A stretch of 64,000 bases of DNA from Geopsychrobacteraceae bacterium (GCA_963676795.2 CAXXTB010000002.1:864001-928000), one strand, 5' to 3'. Counted from the stretch's first letter, positions 20,211-31,793 are shown. Numbers and translations are program-made. Notes: generated by a model not told the origin, from the sequence alone.

Positions 20211-21640
20211 CAGTCGCGGCTGACCTGATCGAGCAGTTCGCCGCTGGCCGAGTAGAGCTTAACATCGAGGGGCATACGGCCGGCTTCATGGGTCGAACAG
20301 CTCAGGCAGGGATCGTAGGCACGGATGCCGTGCTCGACCCGGTTGAGCAGCCCCTGCTGCAGCTTGTCGGCACTGACGTAGGCCTGGGCCAGCTGCTTGA
20401 CGGTCTTGTTCATCGCCAGGTTATTCTGGCCGGTGGCGATGATCAGGTTGACCTTGGTCAGCAGTCCGCTGTCATCGACCTCGTAGTGATGGATCAGGGT
20501 GCCGCGCGGGGCTTCGCTGATGCCGACCCCGACATTGGCATTGACGCCGGCCTTGCTGCGGATATGCGGATCGTCGATCAGCTTCTGCTGGAGCAGACTT
20601 TCGATGTGCTCAAGCGAGGTCAGGATCTCGATCAGCCGGGCGTAGTGATAATAGAAGCTGCCGCTGACCGGTTCCCCGTTTTTACCGTAATGACGGAACT
20701 GACGCAGTTCACGATCCGCTTTCGGGGTGCCGATGAAATCGCAGACGTTGAGGCGGGCCAGCGGGCCAACCCGGTACATACCCTGCTCTTCTCCGGCCGG
20801 TTTGTAGTAGGGGAACTTCAGATAGCTCCATGGCTGTTCCGCTTCGACCAGGTAATCGTAGTAGCGTTCCGGCACAATGGCGTTTTCGACAATCCGGCCG
20901 GTCGCATCGATCATCCGCAGGCTGCCGCTGTAGTGCTCGAGGCTGCCGTCCTCGGCGACCATCCCCATGTAGTAGCTGGGGAAATCTCCGTAGTTGTTGA
21001 TCTCGTCCCCGTACTGATCCAGGGTGTCCTTCATCAGGTCGAGGGCTTTTTCGATGGTTGTGTACATCGCTGGCAGCAGTCCAAGGAAATGGGCGCGATC
21101 TTCCTTGCTCAGGGTTTTGCGCACCCCGCCAGGTACCGACCAGGCCGGGTGGACGCTGCGGTCGCCGAGAGCCTGGATCAGTTTCTGGCCGAACGAACGC
21201 ATGGCGATACCGGCCTTGGCCAGCTCCGGATGTTTGGCGACCAGCCCCATCATGTTGCGTTCTTCAGCCGGGGCATCCATGCCGAGTAGCAGGTCCGGCC
21301 CTGAGAGCAGGAAGAAACTCAGGGCGTGGCTCTGGACCAGCTGGGCGTAGTTCATCAGGCGGCGCAGGGCGATGGCCGGTTCCGGGGTGTGGACCCCGAG
21401 GATGCGGTCGCCGGCCTTGCTCGAGGCGAGCAGGTGGCTGACCGGGCAGATCCCGCAGATGCGAGCGGTGATACCCGGCATTTCCCAGAAGCTGCGGCCG
21501 ACACAGAATTTTTCAAAGCCACGGAACTCAGTGACATGAAAGCGGGTATCGCTGACCTGCCCCTGTTCGTCGAGAAAAATCGAGATTTTGGCGTGACCTT
21601 CAATCCGGGTGACCGGTTCTATCGTAATTGTCTTAGACAT
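20210..21640 (-). CDS. hoxH: Bidirectional [NiFe] hydrogenase large subunit
   Basis: [33 protein letters not shown] plus cleavable C-terminal extension. Confidence 0.95.
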   Translation of the reverse strand: MSKTITIEPVTRIEGHAKISIFLDEQGQVSDTRFHVTEFRGFEKFCVGRSFWEMPGITARICGICPVSHLLASSKAGDRILGVHTPEPAIALRRLMNYAQLVQSHALSFFLLSGPDLLLGMDAPAEERNMMGLVAKHPELAKAGIAMRSFGQKLIQALGDRSVHPAWSVPGGVRKTLSKEDRAHFLGLLPAMYTTIEKALDLMKDTLDQYGDEINNYGDFPSYYMGMVAEDGSLEHYSGSLRMIDATGRIVENAIVPERYYDYLVEAEQPWSYLKFPYYKPAGEEQGMYRVGPLARLNVCDFIGTPKADRELRQFRHYGKNGEPVSGSFYYHYARLIEILTSLEHIESLLQQKLIDDPHIRSKAGVNANVGVGISEAPRGTLIHHYEVDDSGLLTKVNLIIATGQNNLAMNKTVKQLAQAYVSADKLQQGLLNRVEHGIRAYDPCLSCSTHEAGRMPLDVKLYSASGELLDQVSRD

Positions 21641-21655
21641 ATGGAAACTCCTTTA

Positions 21656-22204
21656 TCAACCGAACCGTCTCATTTCCGGACTTAAATCGAGCTTCCCGCC
21701 CTCTACCAGGGCCGTCAGAGCAGCGGCGATCCGACCTGCGTCGGGAGGACAGCCGGGGAGAAAGACATCGACCTTGATGACCTGGTGCAGCGGCAAGGCC
21801 TTTTTCAGCAGCGGCGGCAGGTCGAGGTTCTTCTCGATCTCTTCATTGGTCCGGCCGTTGTGGTAGACGGCGGTCAACAGGTCATCGACCGGGATCCGGT
21901 TACGCATGCTGGTGACGTTGCCGGTGACGGCACAATCGCCGAAGCTGACGACGATCGCGGTGTTTTTGCGGATCTCTTTGGCCAGTTTCAGGTTTTCCTC
22001 GTTGGTCACCGCGCCTTCGACCAGGCAGATATCGACCCGCTCCGGGTATTCTTTGCTGTCGACCAGCGGACCGTAGACAAGATTGACCTTCTCAGCGAGT
22101 TCAACCAGGACTTCGTCCAGGTCGAGAAAGCTCATATGGCAACCGGAGCAGCCGCCGAGCCAGGCGGTTGCCAGGCGTTTTTTTGCAGTCATATTCTTCC
22201 CCAT
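21656..22204 (-). CDS. hoxY: Bidirectional hydrogenase small subunit
   Basis: [30 protein letters not shown]. Confidence 0.93.
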   Translation of the reverse strand: MGKNMTAKKRLATAWLGGCSGCHMSFLDLDEVLVELAEKVNLVYGPLVDSKEYPERVDICLVEGAVTNEENLKLAKEIRKNTAIVVSFGDCAVTGNVTSMRNRIPVDDLLTAVYHNGRTNEEIEKNLDLPPLLKKALPLHQVIKVDVFLPGCPPDAGRIAAALTALVEGGKLDLSPEMRRFG

Positions 22205-22222
22205 ATTCCTGTATGAGTCATG

Positions 22223-22939
22223 TTAGCGGGTCCAGCGCCGTTTTTCCCGGCCGTTGAGAATCCGCGTCAGGAAAGTTGCTTCCTTTTCCATCTCGGCAAC
22301 TGTCGCTCCCTTGTGGAAGAGCGCCCCGGTCGGACAGACTTCGACGCATTTGCCGCATTCGGTACAGCCGGTACTGTCCTGCCATTTGCAATCGAGATCA
22401 ACAATGACCTGGCTGTCGATGCCGCGGTTCTTGACGTCCCAGATATGGGCGCCTTCGACCTCGTCACAGACGCGGACGCAGCGCAGGCAGAGGATGCAGC
22501 GGTTATGGTCGATGCCGAACTTGTCGTGGCTGGTGTCCATGTGCAGGTCCGGGTTCAGATAATTGTAGCGCACATGGTCGACGCCAAGTTCGGCAGCCAG
22601 ATTCTGCAGTTCGCAGTAGCCGTTGCTGACACAGACCGCACAGGTGTGATTGCGTTCCGCCAGGGTCAGTTCGAGAATCATCTTGCGGTAACGATTGATT
22701 TTCTCGTTGTGTGTCGTTACGACCATCCCTTCGCTGGCCGCTGTGGTACAGGCCGGCAACAGGCGCGGGGTTCCCTCGACCGCCACCAGGCAAAGCCGGC
22801 AGCCGCCGCGGTCGCTCAAGCCTTCGACATGACAGAGGGTCGGAATCTTGATTTTATGATCCCGGCAGACTTGCAGAATGGTCTGGCCGGAACTGCCGCT
22901 GACCAGGTCACCGTTAATTGTCAGAGTGATAACGGCCAT
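22223..22939 (-). CDS. hoxU: Diaphorase Fe-S subunit
   Basis: PTLC..CRLCLV 2Fe-2[34 protein letters not shown]. Confidence 0.93.
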   Translation of the reverse strand: MAVITLTINGDLVSGSSGQTILQVCRDHKIKIPTLCHVEGLSDRGGCRLCLVAVEGTPRLLPACTTAASEGMVVTTHNEKINRYRKMILELTLAERNHTCAVCVSNGYCELQNLAAELGVDHVRYNYLNPDLHMDTSHDKFGIDHNRCILCLRCVRVCDEVEGAHIWDVKNRGIDSQVIVDLDCKWQDSTGCTECGKCVEVCPTGALFHKGATVAEMEKEATFLTRILNGREKRRWTR

Positions 22940-24627
22940 CAGTTTTCCTCCTGCGTTTCAGCCAGGGGTGTTTCCCCCTGCTCGTTCGGTTGGCAGACCC
23001 CGGCCGGACACTTCTTGTCCCTGATGTGGGCCAGGTATTCGTCACGGAAGTATCTCAGGGTGTTCAGAACCGGGTTCGGTGCCGTCATGCCCAGGCCGCA
23101 AAGGCTGGTTTCCTGGACCAGGTGGCAGAGGTCTTCCAGAGTCTGCAGGTCGTCTTCATCCGCTTCGCCGCTGGTGATTTTGCAGAGCAGGTCGTACATC
23201 TCGACGGTGCCGACCCGGCACGGCGTACATTTGCCACAGCTTTCATCGAGGCAGAACTCCATGAAGAATTTGGCCACGTCAGGCATACAGCTCGATTCGT
23301 TCATGACGATCAGTCCGCCTGAACCCATGATCGAGCCGAAGGCTTTGAGGCTCTCATAATCGACCGGCGTGTCAATATGTTCCGCAGGGATACAGCCGCC
23401 GCTCGGTCCCCCGGTCTGGGCTGCTTTGAAGTTGGCTCCGCCAGGCAGTCCGCCGCCGATATCGTAAACGATTTCGCGCAGGGAGATGCCCATCGGAACC
23501 TCGATCAGGCCGGAGTTCTCAACCTCGCCGCAGAGGGCGAAGACCTTGGTCCCCTTGCTCGATTCGGTGCCGAAGGAGGCGAACCATTCCGCCCCCTTGT
23601 CGATGATCGGTGCGATGTTGGCAAAGGTTTCGACGTTGTTGATCAGGGTCGGCGCGCCCCACAGTCCGCTCTCCGCCGGGTATGGAGGACGTGGAATCGG
23701 TTGCCCGCGACGGCCCATGATCGAGACCATCAGAGCCGTTTCCTCGCCGCAGACGAAGGCTCCGGCGCCGATCCTCAAGTCGATGCGGAAATTGAAATTA
23801 CTGTCGAGAATCCGGCTGCCGAGCAGCCCGCGGCGTTCGGCGTCCTTGATCGCCTTTGCCAGACGGGTTGCAGCCAGCGGGTATTCGCCACGGACATAGA
23901 TGTAACCCTGTTCTGCTCCACAGGCATAACCGGCGATCGCCATCCCTTCCAGCACCCGGTGAGGATCGGATTCCATGATCGTCCGGTCCATATAGGCGCC
24001 CGGATCCCCCTCATCGCCGTTGGCGACAACATATTTACGCTCGCCGGGTGACCTGCGCACCAGGTTCCACTTGACGCCGGTCGGATAGCCACCGCCCCCC
24101 CGCCCGCGCAGGCCGCTGGTCTTGATCTCGTTGCAGACCTCCTCCGGGGTCATTTCGTGCAGGGCATGGGCCAGGGCCCGGTAGCTGCCGGCCGCGATGC
24201 TCTGTTCGATCTTTTCCGGATCCAGGGTACCGTTGTTGCTGAGGACGATCTTCTCCTGGGCCTGGAAAAACGGCATGTCCTTCGGCAGCGGTGCAATCCT
24301 GTCTCTGCCGTCGATGTTGTCGTAGATGTAGCTGACGACAATCTCGATGGCCTGCTCCGGGGTGACATGCTCATAGATATCTTCCTGTTCCCCCCTGACC
24401 ACGCGCAGCAGCGGTCCGCGGCTACAGGGACCCATGCAGCCGGTGGTGGTCACTTCCAGCGAGATATCGCTCTGGTGCTCCTTCAGGTAATCCTCCAGAA
24501 CGGCCTTGACTTCTGCCGCCCCGGCAGAGAGGCAGGGGGTGCTGAAGCAGAGAAACAGGCGCAGGTCGAATGAGGCCTGACGTATCAGTTCAGCTTCATT
24601 GATCTCGTTCAGTTCTGTTGGATTCAT
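22939..24627 (-). CDS. hoxF: Diaphorase NAD/FMN-binding subunit (NuoF-like)
   Basis: [46 protein letters not shown]. Confidence 0.93.
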   Translation of the reverse strand: MNPTELNEINEAELIRQASFDLRLFLCFSTPCLSAGAAEVKAVLEDYLKEHQSDISLEVTTTGCMGPCSRGPLLRVVRGEQEDIYEHVTPEQAIEIVVSYIYDNIDGRDRIAPLPKDMPFFQAQEKIVLSNNGTLDPEKIEQSIAAGSYRALAHALHEMTPEEVCNEIKTSGLRGRGGGGYPTGVKWNLVRRSPGERKYVVANGDEGDPGAYMDRTIMESDPHRVLEGMAIAGYACGAEQGYIYVRGEYPLAATRLAKAIKDAERRGLLGSRILDSNFNFRIDLRIGAGAFVCGEETALMVSIMGRRGQPIPRPPYPAESGLWGAPTLINNVETFANIAPIIDKGAEWFASFGTESSKGTKVFALCGEVENSGLIEVPMGISLREIVYDIGGGLPGGANFKAAQTGGPSGGCIPAEHIDTPVDYESLKAFGSIMGSGGLIVMNESSCMPDVAKFFMEFCLDESCGKCTPCRVGTVEMYDLLCKITSGEADEDDLQTLEDLCHLVQETSLCGLGMTAPNPVLNTLRYFRDEYLAHIRDKKCPAGVCQPNEQGETPLAETQEEN

Positions 24628-25148
24628 ACGGGCTCCTCACACGTCTTTGCTCCTTGAGCGATGGTTTTCTTCAGAGCGGCAATGGTTGTCTCCGGAGTCT
24701 CCTTGCCGTAGACCTCGCCATCGATGGTCAGCATCGGTGCCAGGCTGCAGTTCCCAAGGCAACGGGCTGCCATCAGGGTCAGTTTGCCGTCCGCTGTGGT
24801 GGCCCCGCATTTGACGCCGAATTCTTCTTCAATCCGTTTGACGATTTCACCGGCCCCTTTGACGTAGCAGGCGGTTCCCATACAGACGACACAAACATGC
24901 TCGCCCTGCGGATCAAGAGTGAAGAAGTTGTAAAAGGTGGCGACGCCATAGACCCAGCTCGGCGGGAGCTGCAACTGGCGTGAGACATAATCCATGATCT
25001 CGTTGTCCAGATGGCCGAAAGCTTCCTGGGCCGCATGCAGGATTTCAATCAGCGCGTCCTGCTGAAATTGAAAACGTTTCAGGGTTCTGTCGATCAGCTT
25101 GAACTTGAGATCGTGTTGTTGCTCTTTCGTAGTTTCAGATGAATCCAT
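24624..25148 (-). CDS. hoxE: Diaphorase 2Fe-2S subunit (NuoE-like)
   Basis: [30 protein letters not shown]. Confidence 0.92.
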   Translation of the reverse strand: MDSSETTKEQQHDLKFKLIDRTLKRFQFQQDALIEILHAAQEAFGHLDNEIMDYVSRQLQLPPSWVYGVATFYNFFTLDPQGEHVCVVCMGTACYVKGAGEIVKRIEEEFGVKCGATTADGKLTLMAARCLGNCSLAPMLTIDGEVYGKETPETTIAALKKTIAQGAKTCEEPV

Positions 25149-25799
25149 AATAAATCAGCTCCTGTCTTCCGTTACGGATGAAAGCGCCAGTTTGCCTGTT
25201 CACACCGAAATGCTGCAGGCGTTTCAGGGTAAAGTCGACGAGCCTTGCTGCAGATCTCAAGGTCTGCGCTTGCGTTGCATTTCGTCCTATGTCCAGATAT
25301 CTGACAAGATTTCTCTGTGGATTTCGATTTATTAGCAAACCGGGCGAGATGAAAATACAGGTCGATAAGTCTGGATCGCCACGTCTTTAAGGGATGTCGT
25401 TTGGAGGTTTCAAGTGTCGGTACCACAAATAAGGGAAGCCGTTGCGGCCTCGTGTGTTCTGGTGTAGTGGTATGACCAGTTTTGACGGCTTTGAAATTAT
25501 TAAATCCCGCTTTTGCTGTCAACATAAAATACCCGATCACTGGTCATTATGTTCAAAGTCCGGATGACGCTAAAGGTCGAGCGAGTTCTAAAAGTTGTCA
25601 TCCCGAAGACAAGAAAAAAGAGGGATTGCGGAGACAACGACGTATCTGACAAGCCGATTTCAAGGGGGGCATTGCAGTGTTTAAAAAGCATAGTGCTGAA
25701 AGGGAAGAATGTCAACAGTATACTACTGATGGGTATGTTGTGTTGCTGGTTAGGACATATGCGCCGTTCCAAAGATCGACGCATATGTCTCTCAGAAAG

Positions 25800-27305
25800 C
25801 TATTTACGAGAGACCCTCCGTTTGATCATTGGCCAGAGTCTGGTGTTGCTGAGAATCATGAACAGGACGATGATGGTCAGTACGCAGGTGATCGGGTTGC
25901 TGACCAGATCCCAGAGGAACAGTCCGAAGTTGTTCTGGGTCGACATGATCGACTGACGGTAGGAGCTGTCCATCAGCGGCCCCAGGATGATGCCGAGGAT
26001 GATCGGTGCGACCTGATAACCGAACATCTTGAACAGGTAGCCGAAGATGCCGAAGGCGAGCATCCAGTAGACGTCGGTCATGCTGTTGTTGATCGAGTAG
26101 GTTCCGACCACCGACAGGACGATGATGCAGGGAATGAGGATCCCTTTCTTGATCTCGACCAGCTTGGCAAAGATGCGGATCCCGGTCAGGCCGAAGGCGA
26201 CCATGAAGATGTTGGCCAGCACCAGGTTGCCGACCATGAACCAGAACATGTGCGGGGTGTCGACCATCATCATCGGTCCCGGCTTGAGGCCGTGAATGAA
26301 CAGCGCACCGATGAACACCGCGGTGACCGCATCGCCCGGAATCCCTAAGGTCAGCATCGGGATATAGGAGCCGCCAACCGCCGCGTTGTTGGCCGATTCC
26401 GGGGCGATCAGCCCCTCGTAGGCGCCTTCGCCAAAGGGGCGCGACGGGTTCTTGACCGTACGCTTGGCGTGATCGTAGGCCATCAGCGAGGCGATATCGC
26501 CGCCGGTTCCCGGCAGGGCGCCGATGATGACACCGATCAGCGAGGTACGGATCGACAGCGGCAGATACTTGAGAATGACCTTCCAGGAGGGCACGATCTT
26601 GCTGACATCCTGCTTGACCGGTTTCAACTTGATGGTGTGCAGCTGAAACAGCGCTTCGGCGACGCCGAACAGGCCGATCATGGCGATGACGAAGTGGATG
26701 CCGCCGAGCAGGGAAATGGTGCCGAAGGTAAAGCGCCCCTCAGCGGTCATCGGATCCATGCCGACCATCCCCAGGGTGACCCCCAGGGCGCCAGCGAAGA
26801 TCCCCTTGGCCATCGATTCGCCGGAGAGCGAACCGACCAGCAGCAGCCCCATCAGGGCCAGGAGCAGGTAGTCGCGCGGGGCGAACTTGAGAGCGAACTC
26901 GGCGACCGTCGGTGCGGCAGCCGCGAGAACGGCGATGCCGATGAAGCCGCCGATCCCGGAGATGATGGTGCTGATGCCGATCGCCTGCCCCGCCTCACCG
27001 CGCTGAGCCAGCGGAAAGCCGTCGAAGCTGGTCGAGATCGACGCCGGTGCGCCGGGGATGTTGAGCAGGATCGCCGAGCGTGAACCGCCGTAGACCCCTC
27101 CCATGAAGACGCCGACCATCAGCGCTAACGCCGCATTGATATCCCAGGAGAAGGTGAAAGAGATCAGGATCGACACCGCCATGGTCACCGAGAGTCCCGG
27201 AATGGCGCCGATATAGATGCCGGCGAAGGTGCCGCCCGCGGTCAGCAGGAGCAGCTGCCAGTTGGTCCAGGCCATGAAGAAATAGGAAAAAGCATGTTCA
27301 GTCAC
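25800..27305 (-). CDS. tctA: Tripartite tricarboxylate transporter, large membrane subunit
   Basis: GAIPGL, ILLNIPG, APESANNA, LTLGIPGD motifs. Confidence 0.93.
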   Translation of the reverse strand: MTEHAFSYFFMAWTNWQLLLLTAGGTFAGIYIGAIPGLSVTMAVSILISFTFSWDINAALALMVGVFMGGVYGGSRSAILLNIPGAPASISTSFDGFPLAQRGEAGQAIGISTIISGIGGFIGIAVLAAAAPTVAEFALKFAPRDYLLLALMGLLLVGSLSGESMAKGIFAGALGVTLGMVGMDPMTAEGRFTFGTISLLGGIHFVIAMIGLFGVAEALFQLHTIKLKPVKQDVSKIVPSWKVILKYLPLSIRTSLIGVIIGALPGTGGDIASLMAYDHAKRTVKNPSRPFGEGAYEGLIAPESANNAAVGGSYIPMLTLGIPGDAVTAVFIGALFIHGLKPGPMMMVDTPHMFWFMVGNLVLANIFMVAFGLTGIRIFAKLVEIKKGILIPCIIVLSVVGTYSINNSMTDVYWMLAFGIFGYLFKMFGYQVAPIILGIILGPLMDSSYRQSIMSTQNNFGLFLWDLVSNPITCVLTIIVLFMILSNTRLWPMIKRRVSRK

Positions 27306-27323
27306 GTGAATACCCCTTTATCT

Positions 27324-27797
27324 TTATGGCAGCAGGACTTTGAAGAAGTAAAGAAAGATCAGGTAGATGCAGGCCAGGGTCCCGGCGCTGATCAGAATCG
27401 CCTTGAGCGGTCCGCCCCCTTTGAGAAAGAAGATCGAGGCGACCAGGAAGGCAAAGGAGCTGGGCAGGAAGTGGGTCGGCTGAATCAGGGCCACATAAGC
27501 GATGCAGAGAATCGAGTAGATAACAAAATCGCGGGTAAAGACTTCACGGAGCATCTGCCTGATCTCTGCACCGAAGCCGTCCTCGGTGGACCGCTTTCTT
27601 TTGCGGTTACTCCAGATCACCGTCAGCATGGCAGCGACCATAACAGTGGTCGACGCCAGCGGGAAGGTGCCCGGGGCGCTGATCTTGAAACCGGAAATAC
27701 GGTAGGCGATGACCAGTAGGACTATACTGGCCAGGAGGATCAGAAGGTCGTAATAGCTTTCTCCGGCGCGGAGCGGTTTGAGCTTTTCTGTATTCAT
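27324..27797 (-). CDS. tctB: Tripartite tricarboxylate transporter, small membrane subunit
   Basis: ~4-5 TM, ends F..LLP; lies between tctC and tctA; ATG 27797 with GAGG RBS. Confidence 0.85.
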   Translation of the reverse strand: MNTEKLKPLRAGESYYDLLILLASIVLLVIAYRISGFKISAPGTFPLASTTVMVAAMLTVIWSNRKRKRSTEDGFGAEIRQMLREVFTRDFVIYSILCIAYVALIQPTHFLPSSFAFLVASIFFLKGGGPLKAILISAGTLACIYLIFLYFFKVLLP

Positions 27798-27819
27798 GAA
27801 CAACCTCTTCGGGTTTCAT

Positions 27820-27863
27820 AAAAAAGGCTCTCACTCTGTGCCGCACGAGCCAGAGTGAGAGCC
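27820..27863 (-). terminator. Hairpin with T-tract between tctC and tctB
   Basis: 13-bp stem ggctctcactctg/cagagtgagagcc, with T-run on the minus strand. Confidence 0.65.
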
Positions 27864-27887
27864 GTCATAGCATATGACGAATAAAAC

Positions 27888-28895
27888 TTAAGGCTTTGGA
27901 ATTCCCAGTTCTTCCGGGGAAACCTTGGTCGCGCCTGCGTCATGCAGCAACCAGGCGGTGACCGAGCGCCACTTGTTGAGAAAGGCTTGCGCCTCGTCGC
28001 CGCTGATGTTCATCAGCACGGCATCCTTGGAGGCGACGTATTCTTTAAAGCGATCGGAGGCAACCCCTTTGGCAAAGGCTTCAACCAGCTTGTCCTTGGC
28101 GTCCTGAGGCACATCCTTTTTACACCAGACACCGAAGAACGGAGCCCAGGGTACATATTTGTCAAAGGCTGGAAAATCCTGGGTGATTGGCGGAATGGTG
28201 TAGTCGGCATTGACCAGGGCTTCTTTGTCCAGAACGGCAAGAGCCTTGAGACGGCCGGCGCGGATGTGCTCGGATGCGGCCCCCAGGTTGACCGGAATGA
28301 AGTCGATATGGCCGCCGAGCAGGGCGGTGATGCCAGGGCCGTCGCCGGCAAAAGGAACCGAAGCAACGTTGAAACCGGTCACGGTTTCCATCAGTTTGCC
28401 GACAACGTAAGGCACGCCGCCTGGGCCGGTGGTTCCCATCTTCATCTGACCAGGATGGGCCTGGGCATCTTCAACCAGTTCCTTGAAGCTGGTCCATGGC
28501 TTGTCAGCGTTGGTGACGATGGCGACCTGGCCGCGGGCCATAATGGTGACCGGGAAGAAATCGTCATAGCTGAGCTTGGAGAGGCCGAGAATGCCGTAAT
28601 TCTGTGGGTTCTCGGCGCCGAACAGCAGGGTGTAGCCGTCGGATTTATTGCTGTAGACGAACTGGGTAGCGATGGCGCCGGTACCGCCCGGCTTATTGAC
28701 CAGGACAACTTCTTTGCCAAGGAAGGGCTCAACATTCGGGGTCAGAGCCCGGGACATGCCGTCGGTGCCGCCGCCCGCGCCCCACATGATGATCCCCTGC
28801 AGATCGCGGGTCGGATAGTCAGCCGAAAAAGCCGGTACGGCGAGAGCCAGCAGAGCAATTAGATGCAGTAGTCGGAACAGGATTTTACTCTTCAT
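27888..28895 (-). CDS. tctC: Tripartite tricarboxylate transporter substrate-binding protein
   Basis: Signal peptide; YP, GAGGGTD, NKPGGTG, DGYTLL, ALLGGHID motifs; ATG 28895 with GGAGG RBS. Confidence 0.9.
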   Translation of the reverse strand: MKSKILFRLLHLIALLALAVPAFSADYPTRDLQGIIMWGAGGGTDGMSRALTPNVEPFLGKEVVLVNKPGGTGAIATQFVYSNKSDGYTLLFGAENPQNYGILGLSKLSYDDFFPVTIMARGQVAIVTNADKPWTSFKELVEDAQAHPGQMKMGTTGPGGVPYVVGKLMETVTGFNVASVPFAGDGPGITALLGGHIDFIPVNLGAASEHIRAGRLKALAVLDKEALVNADYTIPPITQDFPAFDKYVPWAPFFGVWCKKDVPQDAKDKLVEAFAKGVASDRFKEYVASKDAVLMNISGDEAQAFLNKWRSVTAWLLHDAGATKVSPEELGIPKP

Positions 28896-29209
28896 TGGTG
28901 AACCTCCCAGGAATGAATGGATGAAATAAGACCTTAATTTCTGTCGATACACAATGACTGAAAGCATAATGAGTTTAAAGCAGATTGTCTATGACGTTAT
29001 TATAAATCATAAAGGTTTTATAATGTCGTTCTATGGCTGCCTGTCTTTTCTGGTAGGGCAACTTGTCGGCGATCTTCAGGATTTGTGCGGACTGTCTCCA
29101 GAAGATTGATAGAAAAAAAGTATAGAGATTGGCGAAAACTCACTTACGAGAATTTTTTTTTTTCACTATGATCCCGCCCCAAACGATCTGGCTCGATAAG
29201 GAGATAAGA

Positions 29210-29683
29210 ATGCCAATGCCCAGAAATAAAAGAGAAAGTCTGATTTTTACCCTGTTGATGTGTTCATTCATGGTGTTTATCATGAGTATCTATAATCTGA
29301 GTTTTGAAATGGGGCTCTCTGCTGAGACCATTAAACATGCCTGGCTCGGCTTTCCGCTGGCTTTTGTCGTGGCTCTGGTGCTTGACTGGTTTGTTGTGGC
29401 CGGGGTTGCAAAGAAGTTCGCTTTCAGACTGGCCGGTGAAAAGAGATACCCGCTTAAGATGATCCTGTTGATTTCAACCTCGATGGTCTGCGGTATGGTG
29501 ATTTTTATGTCTTTCTATGGCGCATTATGGAAGACCGGCTTCAGCGCAGAGGTTTTTCATGTCTGGCTGACCTTGATGCCGCGTAATTTTGTTGTTGCCC
29601 TGCCGTTGCAACTGCTGATCGCAGGGCCGCTGGTGCGTTTCACCTTTCGCAGGACTTTCCCGGTCGGGGTCATTTCCTGCTGA
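29210..29683 (+). CDS. Membrane protein, DUF2798-like
   Basis: MPRNKRESLIFT...MVFIMSIYN and NFVVALPLQLLIAGPLVR; AAGGAG RBS before ATG 29210. Confidence 0.7.
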   Translation: MPMPRNKRESLIFTLLMCSFMVFIMSIYNLSFEMGLSAETIKHAWLGFPLAFVVALVLDWFVVAGVAKKFAFRLAGEKRYPLKMILLISTSMVCGMVIFMSFYGALWKTGFSAEVFHVWLTLMPRNFVVALPLQLLIAGPLVRFTFRRTFPVGVISC

Positions 29684-29708
29684 GAGATCATAGAGAAAAG
29701 GTCCTTTG

Positions 29709-30770
29709 TTACGGCTCCTGCTGGTAGAGCTTTCTGCCGATGATGTTGCGCTGCAGGGTGATCCAGGGGGAGATTCGCTGGTAGACTTCCGAGTTTTTCA
29801 GGCTTTCCGCTGAAGGGTAAATGGCACTGTTGGCCAGAAAATCTGCAGACAGGTATTTCTCGGCACTTTTATTTGGTGACGCGTAATAGAGGCTTTCGGC
29901 TTGTCGGGCCGCGATTTTCGGCTCGTTGATAAAATCAAGGAATTTATAGGCCAGCTCAGGGTGTCTGGCTTTGGCGGCAACGGCGAAGTAGTCAACCCAG
30001 AAGTTGCTCCCCTCTTTTGGCAGCACATAGCTGATCTTGTCATGATATTCGGACACAGCCAGGGCATCGCCGTTGTAAGCCATGGCGGCGACGACCTCGC
30101 CGCTGACCAGGGGCGAATCTTCTGCGATGGAAACATAGGCGTAGGATTTGACATAGGGCCTCTGTTCCAGCAGCAACCTCTCGACCTCCCGGTAGGCCTG
30201 CGGATCTTCGCTGTTGACGGAGTAGCCAAGGGCTTTGAGACCCATGCAGACGATTTCACGGGCATCTTCCATCATCATAATCCTGTTGCGCAGCTCGCCG
30301 ACGGGAACAAAGAGTTGTTTCCACGAGGTGATCGGTGTCGAAACCAGGTCGGTACGATAGACGATGCCAAGCGTTCCCCAGAAATAGGGAACAGCGTAAT
30401 CACTGGATTCCGGAAACAGCTTGGCCCATTTCGGATCAATATGTTTGAGGTTGGTGAGTTTATCCCTGTCCAGTGGAGCGATCCAGCCGAGTTTGACATA
30501 TTCTGCGATTCTGGCATCTGAAATCAGGATCAGGTCGAAGGCATTGCCGCGCGTGGCGATCAGCTTGGAATCACGATCTTCATCCGAGACAAAATAGGTT
30601 TGTTGGACTCTGACATTGTTCTCTGTTTCAAACCGGGCGATCACCTCAGGATCGAGGTAGGATTCCCAGTTGAGGATCGACAGGATCTTCTGTTCCTCGG
30701 CTTGGGCCACAGGTGACCAGCACAGAGCTATGGTAAATATCAGCAGAAAAGTCAGGCCAGTCCGTTTCAT
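29709..30770 (-). CDS. Spermidine/putrescine-type ABC substrate-binding protein (PotD/PotF-like), orphan
   Basis: LNWESYLDP, VPYFWGTLGI, YNGDA, PKEG..WVD, FLDFINEP. Confidence 0.85.
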   Translation of the reverse strand: MKRTGLTFLLIFTIALCWSPVAQAEEQKILSILNWESYLDPEVIARFETENNVRVQQTYFVSDEDRDSKLIATRGNAFDLILISDARIAEYVKLGWIAPLDRDKLTNLKHIDPKWAKLFPESSDYAVPYFWGTLGIVYRTDLVSTPITSWKQLFVPVGELRNRIMMMEDAREIVCMGLKALGYSVNSEDPQAYREVERLLLEQRPYVKSYAYVSIAEDSPLVSGEVVAAMAYNGDALAVSEYHDKISYVLPKEGSNFWVDYFAVAAKARHPELAYKFLDFINEPKIAARQAESLYYASPNKSAEKYLSADFLANSAIYPSAESLKNSEVYQRISPWITLQRNIIGRKLYQQEP

Positions 30771-30805
30771 CTGTTTCCCCTGAATTATGAAAGAATGATC
30801 AATTG

Positions 30806-30834
30806 AATCTATAGTCTATCGCTCCAGAGGTCAA
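30806..30834 (-). promoter_or_regulatory. Candidate sigma70 promoter
   Basis: TTGACC-N17-TAGATT upstream of the PotD-like gene. Confidence 0.45.
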
Positions 30835-30866
30835 TGTTCATCCCCGCCGGCTGCAGATGAGCGGTT

Positions 30867-30897
30867 TTCTTCGTGAACTTCGCGGCTTTGCGTGAGA
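30867..30897. repeat. 9-nt-period intergenic repeat arm
   Basis: cttcgtgaa-cttcgcggc-tttgcgtgag; near-identical to 36717-36738 and 56656-56677. Confidence 0.75.
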
Positions 30898-30954
30898 CAT
30901 GATTTCAGCCTTGCTTTACTTCTCCCCTGAACAAGTAGACGGGAAGGGAAGCTT

Positions 30955-31500
30955 TTACGGCTTGAAGAGGTTCAGGTAGTCTCCGTAGCCTTCCGTTTCC
31001 AGTTGATCGACCGGAATAAAGCGCAAGGCTGCCGAGTTCATGCAGTAACGCAGGCCGGTCGGGGGCGGGCCATCACTGAAGACGTGCCCCAGGTGTGAGT
31101 CGGCGTGCCTGCTTCTGACCTCGGTGCGGGTCATGAAGAAGCTGCGGTCCTTACGGGTGACGATGTTCTCTGCCACCAGCGGCCTGGTGAAGCTCGGCCA
31201 GCCGGTGCCTGAATCGTACTTGTCGAGTGAACTGAACAGCGGTTCACCGGAAACGATATCGACATAGATGCCCGCCTGCTTGTTGTCCCAGTAACGGTTA
31301 TTGAAGGCCGGTTCGGTTCCTTCCTCCTGGGTGACATGGTACTGCAGGGCGCTGAGCTGTTCGCGCAGTTGCTGTTTATCGGGACGCATATAGGTCTTCT
31401 CCAACAGTGTTGTCTCGGCCATGCTCTTGTCCTGTCCCGTCAGGCAGCCGGTGCCGATCAGGAGCAGGAGCAGAATGGTGAGTCTGGTCCAGTGTTTCAT
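30955..31500 (-). CDS. msrB: Peptide-methionine (R)-S-oxide reductase, with export/lipoprotein signal
   Basis: [27 protein letters not shown]-terminal hydrophobic stretch ending GTGC. Confidence 0.93.
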   Translation of the reverse strand: MKHWTRLTILLLLLIGTGCLTGQDKSMAETTLLEKTYMRPDKQQLREQLSALQYHVTQEEGTEPAFNNRYWDNKQAGIYVDIVSGEPLFSSLDKYDSGTGWPSFTRPLVAENIVTRKDRSFFMTRTEVRSRHADSHLGHVFSDGPPPTGLRYCMNSAALRFIPVDQLETEGYGDYLNLFKP

Positions 31501-31793
31501 AGGGGCCTCCGTTCTTCTGTATGTCTGACGTTGATGTCTGAAACATACCTGACTATTTTAATGCAGGTTTAGCGGGAAGTTAAAGATCCGGTAAAGATTT
31601 TATGCAAAGGGCTGCGCTGGTCGCGGGGCCTCTGATCAGCTCGTAACAGGGGAGCAGGGGCGCTCGTCTGTCACTTTGCGTGGCGGCGGGAGGATATTCT
31701 TGCCGGGGACTGTTTCAATAAGGGCCGGTCTGACCTAAGATAAGTGTATTGGACAACTGACGATACGCAAACCTGTGAGAACGGAGACCTGCT

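Noticed and set aside
25149..25799. Several 67-135 aa ORFs upstream of hoxE
   Set aside because: Overlapping, atypical composition, no motifs; treated as regulatory DNA
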